From: Tubulanus polymorphus
Taxonomy: Eukaryota > Animalia > Nemertea
Reading direction: 5' to 3'
Length of the DNA stretch: 64,000 bases
Assembly (NCBI RefSeq): GCF_964204645.1
Contig: NC_134034.1
Coordinates: 9,064,962-9,128,961 of the forward strand
The notes beneath the pieces were generated by a model. It did no database searches, was not told the origin of the DNA, and saw nothing but the letters and a program-made list of their open reading frames with translations. Shown piece by piece: positions 11,977-25,515 of this stretch. How positions within the stretch are numbered: position 1 is the stretch's first letter; each line of letters starts with the position of its first letter. The position numbers were made by a program, and so were the translations under genes.

Positions 11977-14900
11977 ATGTCGAGATCTATTCTATGCAGC
12001 TCCGATATTGCTAAAATATATAAAAAAGCATGGAAAATTAAAGTACCATGGGCAGAAATTGTCAACGAACAGGAACTAGAATGGTTAAGGATCTACTCAA
12101 GGGCAAAAAACTGTCCACTCGATCTTTTAGTTGGGGCATTGCTACCAATAACAGCAAGTCTGATAGGGCCTGGATGTGTAGCTGAAACGGAAGACGGTGA
12201 TTTTACATCAACCCTGAACACGTTTATTGCATGTCTTTGCGAGTGTGGAGGAGGTAAATCGCGAGCATTTGATGAGATCGTAATACCAGCCGATAGGGTT
12301 TATGCAAAAAAAAAGTGGTAAATCATTGTTGATCGGTAAATACACCTCCGCTGGAATACAAAACCATCAAAAAGAAAACCGTGGGTATGGCTTGATAAGC
12401 GAGGATGAAGGTGCGAAGCTGATGGCCGAAATTAATACGAAACAACGCAATGGCGAATCAGAAAGGAGTTTCCTTAATAAAGTATGGGGTGGACATGGCG
12501 ATGCATCAACATTGTCAACAGGAACCAGAGGGTTCGAAAAAACAGCAATATCTATGCTTGTCTTCATTCAACCAGAACCCATGTTTAGGGAAATGATTAA
12601 TTGCAAGTCAGCAATGTGGTGACGGATTCTGGGATAGGTTCTTGTTCCTCGTCTCAAAACCAATGATCCAACCATCGAGCAATTGTAAAGACAATTATAA
12701 ACTGTTGTCACAATCAGGATTAGAAAGCTTCATTCCTATATTCGAGGCAATTTACAATGATTTCAAATCTAAGGACACGGTTTTAAAATTTTCACTAGAG
12801 GCAACAACCGCGTTTAACAAAATTCGTGACGAATTCGTAATGTATATGAACCGAATGTACGATTCAGACTCGAGTGACGGTATGTATCCTAAAACCTCTT
12901 CAAGTAGAAAGTTAAAGAAAATCATTGATAAAGAAAGTTTATATCTAATTTACCACTATATGTTCGTTTAAATTCAGTTTGCATAATGACAGAATTCACA
13001 AAAAAATTTAACTCAGGATTTCAAGTCTCAGTTGCTATTTCAAATAACCAATATTAAAACACGGGTTCGTGCCTTCAATTGCACTCAAAAATCATGTTTG
13101 TTCCAGATGAAAATATTGAAGAAACGAGTCTCGTAAGTTCAAAAGATGCTATGCATATTCTATGGATTGCAGCCATCTTAAGTATCCAAAGTCAATACCT
13201 ACATCACTTTTTAACGGACAAAGAAAATGAATTCCGATTCAATAAGACGATTGGATTAGAATCCGTCATCACCGCCAAAACGTTATATCATGTAATTGTT
13301 CAACAAAAAGATGTGATTTTACAGGTAAATGAAAATATATTTTTTTTTAAACATACAAATATAGTACAATATAACCTGGTAACATTTATTTAACTGCTAA
13401 TTAATGAAAATATGAACACATTTATGATTATTTGATCATTTTAGGCCGTTAAAAGCTTTTCAAGAAATGACACAAAAACCATCAGAATGAATAAATCAAT
13501 AAAGAGTTTCGACGAAAAAGTCTGGAGAGTTGCCATTCATTCCCCTGGGCCACTGGTTACTCTCCGTATGATCCAGAAAAATCTCAGCGGACGAGCAGTC
13601 ACAGCTTCAAATGTTCAATGTAAGTTAGGCCGTCTCAATTTTTCCATTCTTTTTAGTTGCCCTATATGACGGAAAAATGCCCAAAAAATGTCTCCATTTG
13701 AGTGTCCAAATCTATACCTATACACAAATTCATCAATATAGATTCCAATTCTTTGGTGGACAACGCCCTTCATTTTCTTGATCCTACCTTTCATCATACC
13801 CCACATACCTTCAATGCCATTCGTGCAAACATTTTCGACAGATTTGAACTCTTTGGAATGATTAACAACACCATGGTTATACGTTTCATTTAACGCCGAA
13901 TATGCCGACCAACCATCTGAATAAATTGTGCAGCCACTTGCAACGTGCTTCTTTATAATCGGCAATAAAGTTTCACGATTTCTACGGTTCACAATTGACA
14001 TTACAACATTCCGTGTTCCACGTTCAAAGATTCCAAAAACCCATGTGTCCTGTTTTCCGCTTCCTTTGTTATATTTGCGTCTTTTTCCGAAAAGTGATTC
14101 ATCAATTTCTGAAATTGATTCTGCGACATCACCTTTTATGACGACAGGGTTACGCCTTAGAAAATCGCTACAAACTTCACGCAACCTGTCATACCATTTC
14201 ATGATGGTCTTCACGTTCAAATTAGGTTCCAATTTCTGCACTTGATAAATCTGTAGATCAATTGCAAATCCGTACACGATCAACAGAGCAGAGCACAACG
14301 ACAGTTTGGATCCCTGTAGAAATTATGAAAAAATATTTTATAATGCAGCCTAATTCACGGGCACACCCGGCCCCTCGATCTCAGCCACTTTATATAAGTG
14401 TAATACACGGGCACACCCGGCTCCTCGATCTCAGCCACTTTATATAAGGGTAATCCACGCACACACACAGCCCCTCGATCCCAGCCACTTTATATAAGGG
14501 TAATCCACGCACACACACAGCCCCTCGATCCCAGCCACTTTATATAAGGGTAATCCACGCACACACACAGCCCTCGATCTCAGCCACACTTCACAGCCCC
14601 TCGATCTCAGCAACTTTATATAAGGGTAATCCACGCACCTCACAGCCCCTCGATCCCAGCCACTTTATATAAGGGTAATCCACGCACACACCAAGCCCCT
14701 CGATCTCAGCCACTTTATATAAGGGTAATCCACGCACACACCCGGCCCCTCGATCTCAGCCACTTTATATAAGTGTAATCCACGCACACACCCAGCCCCT
14801 CGATCTCAGCCACTTTATATAAGGGTAATTATCCACGCACACACACACAGCCCCTCGATCCCAGCCACTTTATATAAGGGTAATCCACGCACCTCAAAGC

Positions 14901-16117
14901 CCCTCGATCCCAGCCACTTTATATAAGGGTAATCCACGCACACACCAAGCCCCTCGATCTCAGCCACTTTATATAAGGGTAATCCACGCACACACCCGGC
15001 CCCTCGATCTCAGCCACTTTATATAAGTGTAATCCACGCACACACCCAGCCCCTCGATCTCAGCCACTTTATATAAGGGTAATCCACGCACACACACAGC
15101 CCCTCGATCCCAGCCACTTTATATAAGGGTAATCCACGCACCTCAAAGCCCCTCGATCTCAGCAACTTTATATAAGGGTAATCCACGCACCTCAAAGCCC
15201 CTCGATCTCAGCCACTTTATATAAGTGTAATACACGGGCACACCCGGCTCCTCGATCTCTATAATGTTATAAAGTGTAATACACGCTAATACACACGTCC
15301 CAAAATCATAACGTTGAAAAAACAACAATATTACCTCAAAGATGCTTCCAGTTCGGATAGACCGATTGCAGCCACATTCATTACACAACCAAATAAATCC
15401 ATCAGTAATTGATGTTCTTGGTACTAATAACATTGGTTTAATGCACACATCACAATCATTTGCTGAATAAAGAACTTCATGATCTAGCAGAAAATCAATT
15501 GCTTTTTTACAATCATGAAAAAGTGGAGAAATTTCCAATAGACCGGGACATGCTACGAAATTCGCCATTCTTATTTTACCAATTTCGGTTGAAACTGTAA
15601 GGATTGTTAATAATACTACGTTGGTTTCTATAGTATCAATTTAAAGAACGAACGAACGAATGAACAATCGGCTAAACTCGTCCGATAAAAAAGGATAATT
15701 TCTATAACATTAAAAAAGGCCTAATAGAATATTCTTTAATTGGCTGGCTTATATGTAATGGAATGCAAATTCAACAAAAGCCATCACATGCACACGTATT
15801 TGATATACTTCGTCTCTCTTATTCCAGTAAGTCTGCAGGAGCTGAGCAGGAAAAACCTGGGTCACTTGAAAACACTAAAACAAGCAGGAGCTGGAAGATC
15901 AACACTATTTTTCTTCAAGAAATTGCCAGACGCACTTTTCGAAAAAGACAGTCTGTTCAAATGCACAGACACAACTTTAGACGTATATCGGTTTAATGAT
16001 ACGAGTAGTATGTCCGAGGCCATGAAAACCACTTGTCGAATTCATCATCCAGAAATAGAGGCGTTTGAAGAAATGTTAACGCAGGTCGACGACACGGATG
16101 AGTCGGATGAATCTTGA
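11977..16117 (+). CDS. DUF3987/YfjI-like P-loop NTPase, 4 exons (11977-12879, 13107-13324, 13445-13619, 15828-16117), two frameshifts in exon 1
   Basis: Walker A-like LCECGGGKS, Walker B-like LISEDEG, FIQP and DGFWDRFLF motifs. Canonical GT-AG junctions keep the frame. Homologous over its length to 55881-58047. Frameshifts near the 12306-12314 A-run and ~12610. Confidence 0.8.
13615..15568 (-). CDS. Merlin/ISXO2-like DDE transposase, 2 exons (15568-15335, 14313-13615), ~310 aa, intact
   Basis: N-terminal CxxC...WxCxxC zinc ribbon; catalytic EIDES, SDGW, TNGIEG; RKYNKG, WVFG, VNHS, YIDEFVYR. A phase-0 intron joins SIFE|GSKL. Confidence 0.92.
14357..15257. repeat. ~48-50-bp minisatellite (~18 copies) in the transposase intron
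   Basis: Unit ccctcgatcycagccactttatataagggtaatccacgcac...; the same unit occurs inverted at 30207-30425. Confidence 0.95.
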
Positions 16118-16397
16118 ACCTCATCAAGTAACCGTAAACCCGTCTTAAAGTATCTGAAGATTATCCCATGATTTGATAACCAATTATGGGTGGTCGCTCG
16201 TCGTCGATATTATGGCCGATATCATTTATAATCGTTGCAATTCATAGACTTATATTAAAAGCATTTATACAATGAAATAACTGGAAAAACTTTTAAACGT
16301 GTGAAACCCAAAGATACATAATCCGCCAAGCATTCAGTATGTTATTGCTATTAATAATAAGTTCCGTAATAATATTTCTCTTTTGTTAAATGCCAAT

Positions 16398-16543
16398 GTC
16401 GATATGTCGGTTTGCCGGTTTGTCGGTATGTCGGTTTGTCGGTATGTCGGTTTGTCGGTTTGTCGGTATGTCGGTTTGTCGGTTTGTCGGTATGTCGGTT
16501 TGTCGGTATGTCGGTATGTCGGTTTGTCGGTTTGTCGGTTTGT
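16398..16543 (-). repeat. Right subterminal 8-bp repeat array of Merlin-1
   Basis: (tgtcggtt/tgtcggta)n, reverse complement of 11215-11400. Confidence 0.95.
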
Positions 16544-19500
16544 CCGTATAGCGTTATGTCGTATTCGTGCGTAATATAAGATTCAATATGTCTGATATTG
16601 GCGGATTAATTTCAAATACCAGTCCGATGTAATAAGTCTCTGCTGGAACTATTTAATGCTATAATGGACTTGAGCCGTTATTTCTTCATTTTCACTACAC
16701 TTGTCTCTACGGAAAATGGTTTTAATTGTTGGTACGAGTATCAGGTTTAAATATTACGGCATTAATACTGTATTCCGTTCTCCGGCGCTAGTTCGTAATG
16801 GCTGTAATGGTAACCGCTTTTACGGCAGGCAGAGGCTTACGTACATGCACCCAAGAAAACCGAAAACTCTTTTGTTGTAAATGCAATCCACACACTTCTT
16901 GCGTTATTGTGATGGTAGATGTCACTTTTTACTTTTTATCACCTGCGTCTGACATTCGAACTTGATACTTGATATTTCACCACCAAAACAAGAAAACGTT
17001 TTCCTATATTTTCTTCCCAATCTAATCAATCTTGAGTGTACTTAATGGTAAGTATTCATAGAAAATAGCTGAATATTTGCCCCACCCCATTTGTCCAGCT
17101 ATTTGACCACTTCTCCATCCATCTAATTTCAGTAGATTTTTATGTAAATTTATTGATAGACTACTGATTTAAATGGTCATCATACTCGATTTTGAGTGCT
17201 ATATTTCTTTTCTTCTTCCATCTCAATATAGGCCCATATATTCTCTTCCCGCGCGCAACTTCGAATGCGTGATCAAAATGCCGCTCAGTCTCGCTGCTAA
17301 AACTGGTCAGAAAATCCCTTAAACCCCAACATCTCTAATGTCTCCGATCTATTATATTGCATAAACGACGTGATATTTAAACCTGATACTCGTACCAACA
17401 ATTAAAACCATTTTCCGTAGAGACAAGTGTAGTGAAAATGAAGAAATAACTCCCATATACTGAAATACACGCAAAGAAAACAGCGCCGAATCTCGGAATG
17501 ACAATACACGCACTGCAGTTAAAGTGCCATAGGAAAAAAACTAGGCAAGATATCTTGAAATTTCAAAGTTCACCTAAAAGGGGGCATTTATGCGCACAGT
17601 GCTTGAAATGTTTGGATTTTTTAGAAAATTATTTCTGAAAATAACGAACTTCAAAGTTCAGTACCCTGGATTTCTATGCGCACGGCAAAAACTGACCACC
17701 GATTTTTATATCGCTCTCATGTCGCATTGTTGTAAATTTGAGAAATGATTTTTACATAACTGAAAACTAGAGATTCACGTGGTTTGAATGTTGCTAAAGT
17801 TGTCAAAATCCATCCATGGACAGATGAAATATGATACAATACACATCACGGATAGTTTTTAAAAAAGAGAAAAAAATGACCCAACAATACGGGACAAAAG
17901 TACCCTAACAAAATGGCGGCTAGCAACTGTAAAATGGTTTATTTGGCGCCTATAACATCATCACGGAATTGCCGCTACAATTCCCAGTTTCTCGTACTAC
18001 TTCAAAACTAATTTTATTAGCTAGCGTTTTTACCTTATTAATTTTGATGACTTTTACTCGAATATAATTGGGTTCATTCGAAATCTGAAAACATACGTAA
18101 TTAGATCTTGTTCTCCTGTCAATTTTGATATATAGAATGTGTACTCCCTATTGCGAGTTGACTTAGAATTTGCGTCATCAAGTTAGGCCTAATCGTAAAC
18201 TGCGGACCAAATTCGAAAATTATTGTAATTGGACTAGTGCCACAGTCTATAAAACACATACTGAGACTTATTGAATCCTGAAATGAAGGACTGTTATGAG
18301 AATAATCATTTGGCACAAGGGAATATTGAATTCGTTGCGTAATATGCCTAAACTAGGATTTTCCACGAGAAAGGCGTAAAAGCGCAGGCGTTACCTCAAT
18401 TTTGGCTCTGACACAGAAATTTGTGTGCAGGTCTTCGGGTGGTGGGGCCATTTTTGTAGGGGATTTCCCTGAAAATTCTGACTAATTACTGCGCAGTCAC
18501 AGCAAACAATTGATTAATACAGACTCGAAAATGTGTTTCTGTCCTGTCCAACAGTGCCGCACCCTTGTTGTGGAAACGGCTAAAGGGAAATAAATTTGAT
18601 TGATCTGTTTCTCGTGGAAAACCAGCCTATGGCTCATTTTCACGCATCTCACATCTAATGTCGAATTCAGTTTTGTTTGAAAGGATATCAGGTTGTCTGG
18701 CTCAGTAAGTGTTTAGCGTAGGCCTACTAGGGACCTATGTATATTGTATTTGAAGATTGCCAAAAATCTTTGAATTGTTAATTTTATTTTAAAGATAATA
18801 TATTTTTTGTTTTATAGGATTCGTCAGTTATTTGTCAGACATAGCAGATATTTTATAACCGATTTTTCCCATTCAATGTAAGTTGTATCAAGCGGAAATT
18901 TGCATTTTTTTCATATTTTTATTTTGTTTATAACATAATATTGACATTTGTTTATTTCAGGTAGATGGCAAGTTGCGTGCATTTGGTTCTGATGGTACCC
19001 ATGGAATTTAGCAGTTGGCCTTCCATATCATACCAATACATTTTACAAATTAGTAACCGCAATTGCTCAAATGGCTTGTTGCATCTAAACCTTCTGTCTC
19101 ATTGTTTTAGGTTGGAAATAAAATATTGATGTACTTTCAATTTGCTTCTTTTTCTGACTGCGATATATATTACCACGTCTACAGCTCGTTGAACCCGGGT
19201 TTCAAAGTATGCGGCTTCATATAAACCCAGCGTTTGCAGGGCTGCATCTACACTCAATTTAGCTCCAGTAACTGAATCCACATCTGTAGAGTTTTTCGTG
19301 AACATAGGTTCAATTCTCAATAGGTTATATAACTCCTTTTTCAAAAACCTGGCTTTGCATTCAACCCGTGTTTCGAGCTTAGTGTAGACGCATAACCTCG
19401 GTATAAGATGCAAGTGTAGACGAAGCTTCTCTTATTTTCTTCTGTTAGTAGGAATGAATAGGAATTCACGACTTCAGGAATACGCATAAGAAAAAGCTCT

Positions 19501-21908
19501 TTTATATGTTTAGATTTATTCAAACATCTAAGTGAAAAGATGGAAACAAGTAAAATCTTGACAATCCCCAGTTTAAAGATTCAACTTCATGTCTTTGTAC
19601 TTGATATCGGCATCACCTAAAGATGAATAAAAGCAAACAAAAAAATCAATTGATTGCTGAAAGTTAAATGATTCAATACAGCAGCGATGACTACAGATGA
19701 TGTATTTACCATTCAGTCAGTGAGGCCTACTCACTTTTTATCATCTCCAATCCTGTAAACCTGGCTTATCTAGTCACAAGTTGACCTCTAAATTAGCATT
19801 GTTCGGGTTCCTGTAACAGGCTGAACTCTCTGAAAAAAAAACATTGCCTTTGAAATAAAAACATTGCATGTGGAAATTTATTTCAAGACTTCATAGTTAT
19901 GTAAATAAATGACATGAATAGCCTACCTTCTTACGACTCTAAGAGGCCTAGGCCTACTTTTCGGGTCCATGGAAAAATCATTATAGTAGATAGGTGGTCT
20001 GTCAAAAATGTTTCCTAAAAATAAGATAAGTAGCAGTGAGTCCACTACCTACACGTACACTCAACCCCCAGTAGATTGTTTGATGAGAACCTAATCTACT
20101 AAAGTATCGCTTGTCCATGTTTTTGTAGACTACATTAAAGTGTGGATGGAGTAGACACTTGAAGATAATTAGACACCGTAGAATTGAGTGCAGGACACTT
20201 ACATTTGTTTCGTTTATTCTTCTCGTTAGGACCTTGGCTGCTTCGGGAATCAGGTTCCGATTCGATGCGACAGAAGAGTAGTAGTAGGCCTGTACCATGG
20301 CTAGTCAGTAACCTGTCTGTGGTTTAGTTTCACGATCGGATATTTTCACAAACCACAGTCAGGAATGGGAAGGTCATTTTTGTATGAAATCTTCGTCAGC
20401 CAATTTGACTGACGAGTAATTTGCCTGGCATTTCATTGTCTCTTAAGATATCCGTCTAATTTTTGTTGTAATCGACGCACAACAGATTCGTAGTTTGTCT
20501 GATACCTGTAACACCTCATCTGACGATCTTAATCCATGTGCAAATCGGCCGTAAAGTAAGAGTAAATTTCCGTCGAGTCAACAGCTGCCATTTTTAAAAT
20601 TACTGGAGGTGCTGGCACCTGTGGACTGACGCCAGGACAACAGCACACATTCACGAAGCGAAACGACGAAATTGAAAAAAATTAAGAAATCAACACTTAT
20701 TCCCATTTTTCTTTTACCAGAATTTATTATTTTAATATTTATTATATAAAACACGAAGATTTGAATCAAAGTTGGAAAACCATCAAAAATTAAAATTGTC
20801 GTTTCGTCTTGAAAGTTTTATATAAATCCTTGTAGGTCCCATTGTCTTATCATGCAACAGGTGCAATACAGAGAAATGGCGGCCAATGGCGAAATTTGTG
20901 GAGAAATTAATTAATTTCTCAAAATAATGTTGATTAATCACTCGAAACATACATAAAATTGGATTATTTCGAAAGGTACCTGTGTTAGTTTGTGAATTAA
21001 GCCATTAATTGTGGACTGAAGTGAATAGAAAGTATATTTTTGAAGAGTTACTTTTTTCAACCGTGTTTTGGCCCTTGTCATCCCTAACGTTGGTATAAGC
21101 TCATCCGATTATAAAAAGCTTACCACCAACGATTAGGTAACTAATTTATACCATGGCATCACCGAGTACCGACAGCTGATATCTTATCGGTCGTAGCGCA
21201 CTATTTTATCATGATCCATAGCCATATTCCAACCTTGGTGCCTTGAGTGCGGTACAGTTATTCTTTTAAACGGACTTGGGCCATTTGTGATGTGAAATAC
21301 TACATTTTATACCAGATCCAATCAGTTAATGAAAATTCTCCGTCTTGTTTATCATGACGGCCGCCATTTTGACTAGCGTAATTGATGATTGACACCAATC
21401 AAATTTTTAAAACTAATCCAGCGATGTTGCTTTCAATTAATTTTATGTTTTATATGTTAATTATAGTCTTTAAATGGATTCTTTTATAAATATTATTTAA
21501 AATACATCGCAGAATAGATTTTAGATCCTTCCACGCGCGTATCGCGAGACCGCGCGGTGTTGTTTATTTAGAGTATTATGACGTCATAACAACATTCGCG
21601 CACCTAGATAGTTCACGTGTTTGGTGTCAAGGTCGCTGAAAGTTGCGGCTCTGTACCTTCGTGGTGTTGTTATCCATATCACGTTGATTTGAGCCCGAAA
21701 TCATCAGGAAATGTAGCCAACGTAAATTGATTTACGTATAGAATTAATCAATTGACTCATTTTAGGAATCATGGTTTCGTGAAATTCATTTAAGTCCTAA
21801 AACTCGCGATAAATTTAAGCCGAAAATGATTTCAACCATCCACCATATTGTTTCATTAATAAACAAATTGAAGCGCGCCGGCGCAGCTACGTGTCCTACC
21901 TAAATGCA

Positions 21909-21978
21909 TGGTTGCACTAGGATTCGAACCCTCGACCTCTCAGTTGGGAGTCAAACACCTTATCCTCTACGCCACAGG
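21909..21978 (-). pseudogene. tRNA-derived sequence (tRNA pseudogene or SINE head)
   Basis: Minus strand reads gtggcgtagaggataag (A box) ... gggttcgaatcc (B box) ... acca. Acceptor and anticodon stems pair poorly. Confidence 0.55.
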
Positions 21979-22159
21979 ACAGGACGCTGCTTTTATCGTT
22001 AGTGGGAGTACCGGACGGGGCGAGTCATCGGTCTTAATTACATCCGGTGTTATCTTTCAGTAAGTAATTTAAAGTTTCAAATAGGACGGAGAGTGCATAG
22101 ATATAATCTACGCGGAGCGAATGCGTGTTAAACTACTATCAGAATTCTACATTTCAATT

Positions 22160-22320
22160 AGAAGCTGATAGTTGTCGAATCTGATAGAAGATGAATTTTA
22201 TGTGCGAAAAAATTACAGAAACAGAATTACAAGAGGGTTTTCGACGAAAGTCAGAAAACCCTAATAATCACGCGAATTTCAATAGGGTTTTCTGTGAAGC
22301 AACAGAAAACCCTAATAACC
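22160..22320 (-). mobile_element. Two stacked Helentron/HINE-like hairpin termini
   Basis: agggttttc...gaaaaccctaataa occurs twice; homologous to 9560-9720. Confidence 0.5.
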
Positions 22321-22420
22321 CATTATGAAATAAAAGAATGTTTTGATCAAGGAAATATTATATTGGATAACTTAGCTAAAATTACGCGTGTTTTAACAAT
22401 TCATGATGATAATTCAAAGT

Positions 22421-22807
22421 CTATTCATTTTCTATTCTTTTAATTGTCTTCTGTTTCTTATCATTGTCATTATCAAAATAATCTTCACCTAAAATATCAT
22501 TATTCATATTTCTAATATGACTTTTAGGTTTTAAATGTTCTTTATAATATCTTTTATCACTGAATGATTGATTACATGTATCACATTCGTATGTTTCTTT
22601 TTCATTCTTTAATTCACCTAATTTAGTTTCTAATATATCATCTTTACATTCTACCTTAAATTTATTTTCTAAATGTGTTCTAGTTTTATTGTGCCTTGCT
22701 TTTTGGGATTTATCTATATTGATTTTACATGCCGGACAGTAGTACTTCTTATTTGCTTTCATTTTAATACTAAATTTTTTATTAAAATTGATTTTCAAAT
22801 AATACAT
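22421..22807 (-). CDS. Small zinc-finger ORF (two C2H2/matrin-like fingers) in an AT-rich repeat
   Basis: CPACKINIDKSQKARHNKTRTH and CDTCNQSFSDKRYYKEHLKPKSH; a homolog of the first finger is encoded at ~961-1048 (-). Confidence 0.55.
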   Translation of the reverse strand: MYYLKINFNKKFSIKMKANKKYYCPACKINIDKSQKARHNKTRTHLENKFKVECKDDILETKLGELKNEKETYECDTCNQSFSDKRYYKEHLKPKSHIRNMNNDILGEDYFDNDNDKKQKTIKRIENE

Positions 22808-23155
22808 ATTAGATACGTATTAGGTGCGTGTCTTTATTGTCTTTAGTAGTTTTAGTACTTTTAGTACATAAAGAATAAATATTTATTTTATTAGTACTGA
22901 ATAAAATTATTTTCAAAACTACTGAACTACTAAAGACTCTTTGCTAATCTTACGCTTACTAGATTCTGTTCTAGCTAATTTATCTAATTCATATTTAGAA
23001 CACTTCTTATAGTATATATTTATAACACCAGTGTTATTTGTAATATTGATAGTTTGTGATTGTTCTGGTTCCATTTTAATATCAAATTTTTTTACTAAAT
23101 TGATTTTAGAAGTTATTCATTTATATGTTATTCATATATATGAACATTATTAGGA

Positions 23156-23307
23156 GTAATAGGGATAATAGGGGTTCATATCAAAGGTTGAATGGGCGAG
23201 TGAGTAAAAAATGAAAAATAAATTCGATTGTGCGAGAATTTATTTTTTCATTTTTCATGAGCTCGACCCTTCGACCTTTGGCATGAACCCCTATTATCCC
23301 TATTACT
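23156..23307. repeat. Terminal hairpin of the zinc-finger repeat (copy 2)
   Basis: agtaatagggataataggggttcatatcaaagg...cctttggcatgaacccctattatccctattact, in the same context as 1131-1337. Confidence 0.8.
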
Positions 23308-23987
23308 AAGATGGCAACCCCGTTGGTGTTTTTATCGTAGATTACGATAAATTTTATCATTTTTAACACACCAACAAGGTCAAAGCCCATATTCACCCAG
23401 TCCTGAGAATGGCTGGTTCGCGGAGCTCCGTATACTGCCATACTAAAGAGCTCGCGTGAACCACCCACCCAGTCACGTAGTCGTTATTTTACGTCGAAAT
23501 TGCCGACTGGCGCTCAGTCGGCACTTTAACCACTCAGTACTCGGCAACTACTCATCCGATTTCAATAAATAAACTACCTACACTGACCTTATGTTCTTAT
23601 CTTTTCATTGTTTACACTCCAAAGAATACATTTGAAGTTCAAGTGGCTGGAAATTACCTCTAGAAATATTTTAGTACCGCTTTTGTTTTACTAAAAAACG
23701 GTTCCTCGCGAGACTCACCCGCATGAAAAATTCTATATCTTAGCAACACTACAATAGATACCGCTCTGCGCGGACTTGTGGATATTTGACAAGTCATGAA
23801 AAATCGTATCATACACAAAATACGATGACAAAATGACTAAATAAACACAACAGTAAGAACGAGAAAGATCAGAGGTTTGCAATGATGGTTTATTTTTTGA
23901 AATCGGCTGAATGAGAGCTGAGTAGTGATGATATAATTAGAGTTTAATTAAAAAGAATTTAAAATCACCGCGTATATGGCTTCCGCG

Positions 23988-24480
23988 ACTTACTGTCTGT
24001 CACACATGCTCTTCGTGCGACGTTTTGGTCCGTAATTTCGTTAATAATCGGTTGATCTGTAAATATTATGCATCAATTTGTTCAGTAAGGAATTTGCATT
24101 CAGAAATAAATCATGAACTGGCAGAAATTTGTTTGTGTTTTCTTCTATCAGCGATAGTTTACCTAGCATACGCTCGCGTAATGCTAAAAAACGGCTTTTA
24201 TGGCCCGTCACGTGGCGCCACCTACTGTATTTTGATATGCTAATGAGCAGGTGATGACGTCACTGTTACGTTTCCGAGCGTCCGCGGAGCGGATTTTTCA
24301 GCATTATGCGAGCGTATGCTGAGTGAACTATCGCTCATAAATGAAAACAAAAACAACTTTAGTGAATATTGTTGTTTATTTCTGAATGCAAATTCCTCAC
24401 TGAACAAATTAATGCGTTATTAAGGTAGATAAACCGATTATTAACGAAATTACGGACCAAAACGTCGCACGGAGAGTAGG
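23988..24480. mobile_element. Palindromic ~500-bp MITE (copy 1, right end truncated)
   Basis: Long imperfect IR arms; highly similar to 49013-49519. Confidence 0.8.
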
Positions 24481-24999
24481 CATTATGAGTTTTTCGGTTT
24501 GCTCGGCTACCCCTACTGGCGGGGTAGTCTAGAGAGGCCAATGAAAACTCCGGTTTGCTGAACTACCCCTCTTTGCGGGGATGCGGTATGATGTTTGATC
24601 TGACAGTTTCAAGTGGTAAATGGCTGTTTCAAGTGCTTACAACGATGCTTATTACTTCGTGGTACATGGTGGTTTAAAAAAAGATTTCATAATGATACGC
24701 TCACCTGTGACCTTCCCAAATTTTAATTGTCCTGTCCGATTTGGTTTCATCCAATTGAGAGACTGCCTTTTCCAGTTAGGGCATCTTTGGATCACGTCAC
24801 TCCAGGAAATGACTTAACGCTTTTGGGCCCTTTCGTCGGTTCCACATGTTTCATTTGAGCTATAGACCACAATGGTGACACCATGATGGTCAGAAACTGA
24901 CCAATTGAGATATCCCCGAGTCTGAACACTTGACGTCGAATTTCGGAAATTTATGATGTAATGTTTGTTTTCAAACTACTAAGGAATCATCATTGCAAA

Positions 25000-25515
25000 T
25001 TCATCACTGACCACCGCGTTATGGTGTCAAACTAGAAACAATTCGCCATTGAAAATTAATAAATCGACCATCACTGACCACCACTGACCAATTGAAACTT
25101 CTTGAAAGAACGATATACCGGTACCGCATTTGGTGAAACAAGGAAGGATTCGCCATTGAAAATTCATAAATTGACCATCACTGACCACCACAGACCAATT
25201 GAAACTTCTTGAAAGAACGATATACCGGTACCGCATTTGGTGAAACAAGGAAGGATTCGCCATTGAAAATTCATAAATTGACCATCACTGACCACCACAG
25301 ACCAATTGAAACTTCTTGAAAGAAAGATATACCGCTACCGCATTTGGTGAAACAAGGAAGGATTCGCCATTGAAAATTAATAAATTGACCATCACTGACC
25401 ACCACTGACCAATTGAAACTTCTTGAAAAGAACGATATACCGGTACCACATTTGGTGTGAACTAGAAAGGATTTACTAGAATAAATTGACCATCACTGAC
25501 CACCACTGCCCAAGT
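25000..25515 (+). repeat. 107-bp tandem repeat, ~4.5 copies
   Basis: attcgccattgaaa recurs at 25148, 25255 and 25362. Confidence 0.9.

Larger units (their letters stand above)
11129..16676. mobile_element. Merlin-1: two-gene Merlin (IS1595-type) transposon
   Basis: 32-bp imperfect TIR ggttcaagtccagtatagcgtggaatagttcc / ggaactatttaatgctataatggacttgagcc. 8-bp TSD gttatttc (11121-11128, 16677-16684). Further subterminal IR ~11400-11500 vs 16300-16400. Confidence 0.95.
10630..17944. mobile_element. Non-autonomous long-TIR (fold-back) DNA transposon, ~1.8 kb, interrupted by Merlin-1
   Basis: 10630-11128 plus 16685-16753 is the reverse complement of 17374-17944 (~570-bp IR). Ends aaaccattttacag / ctgtaaaatggttt are flanked by AT, compatible with a PIF/ISL2EU-like target (tentative). 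Confidence 0.85.

Noticed and set aside
14357-15257. CRISPR array or coding repeat
   Set aside because: The variable parts are slippage variants, not spacers, and the array lies in an intron.
11129-16676. Bacterial IS1595 contamination
   Set aside because: Both genes have spliceosomal introns and the element is inserted in another eukaryote-type TE.
18800-20770. Host gene (splice-like sites; ORFs 19099-19413 and 20002-20298)
   Set aside because: No recognisable domain or coherent exon chain.
21909-21978. Functional tRNA gene
   Set aside because: Acceptor and anticodon stems do not pair.
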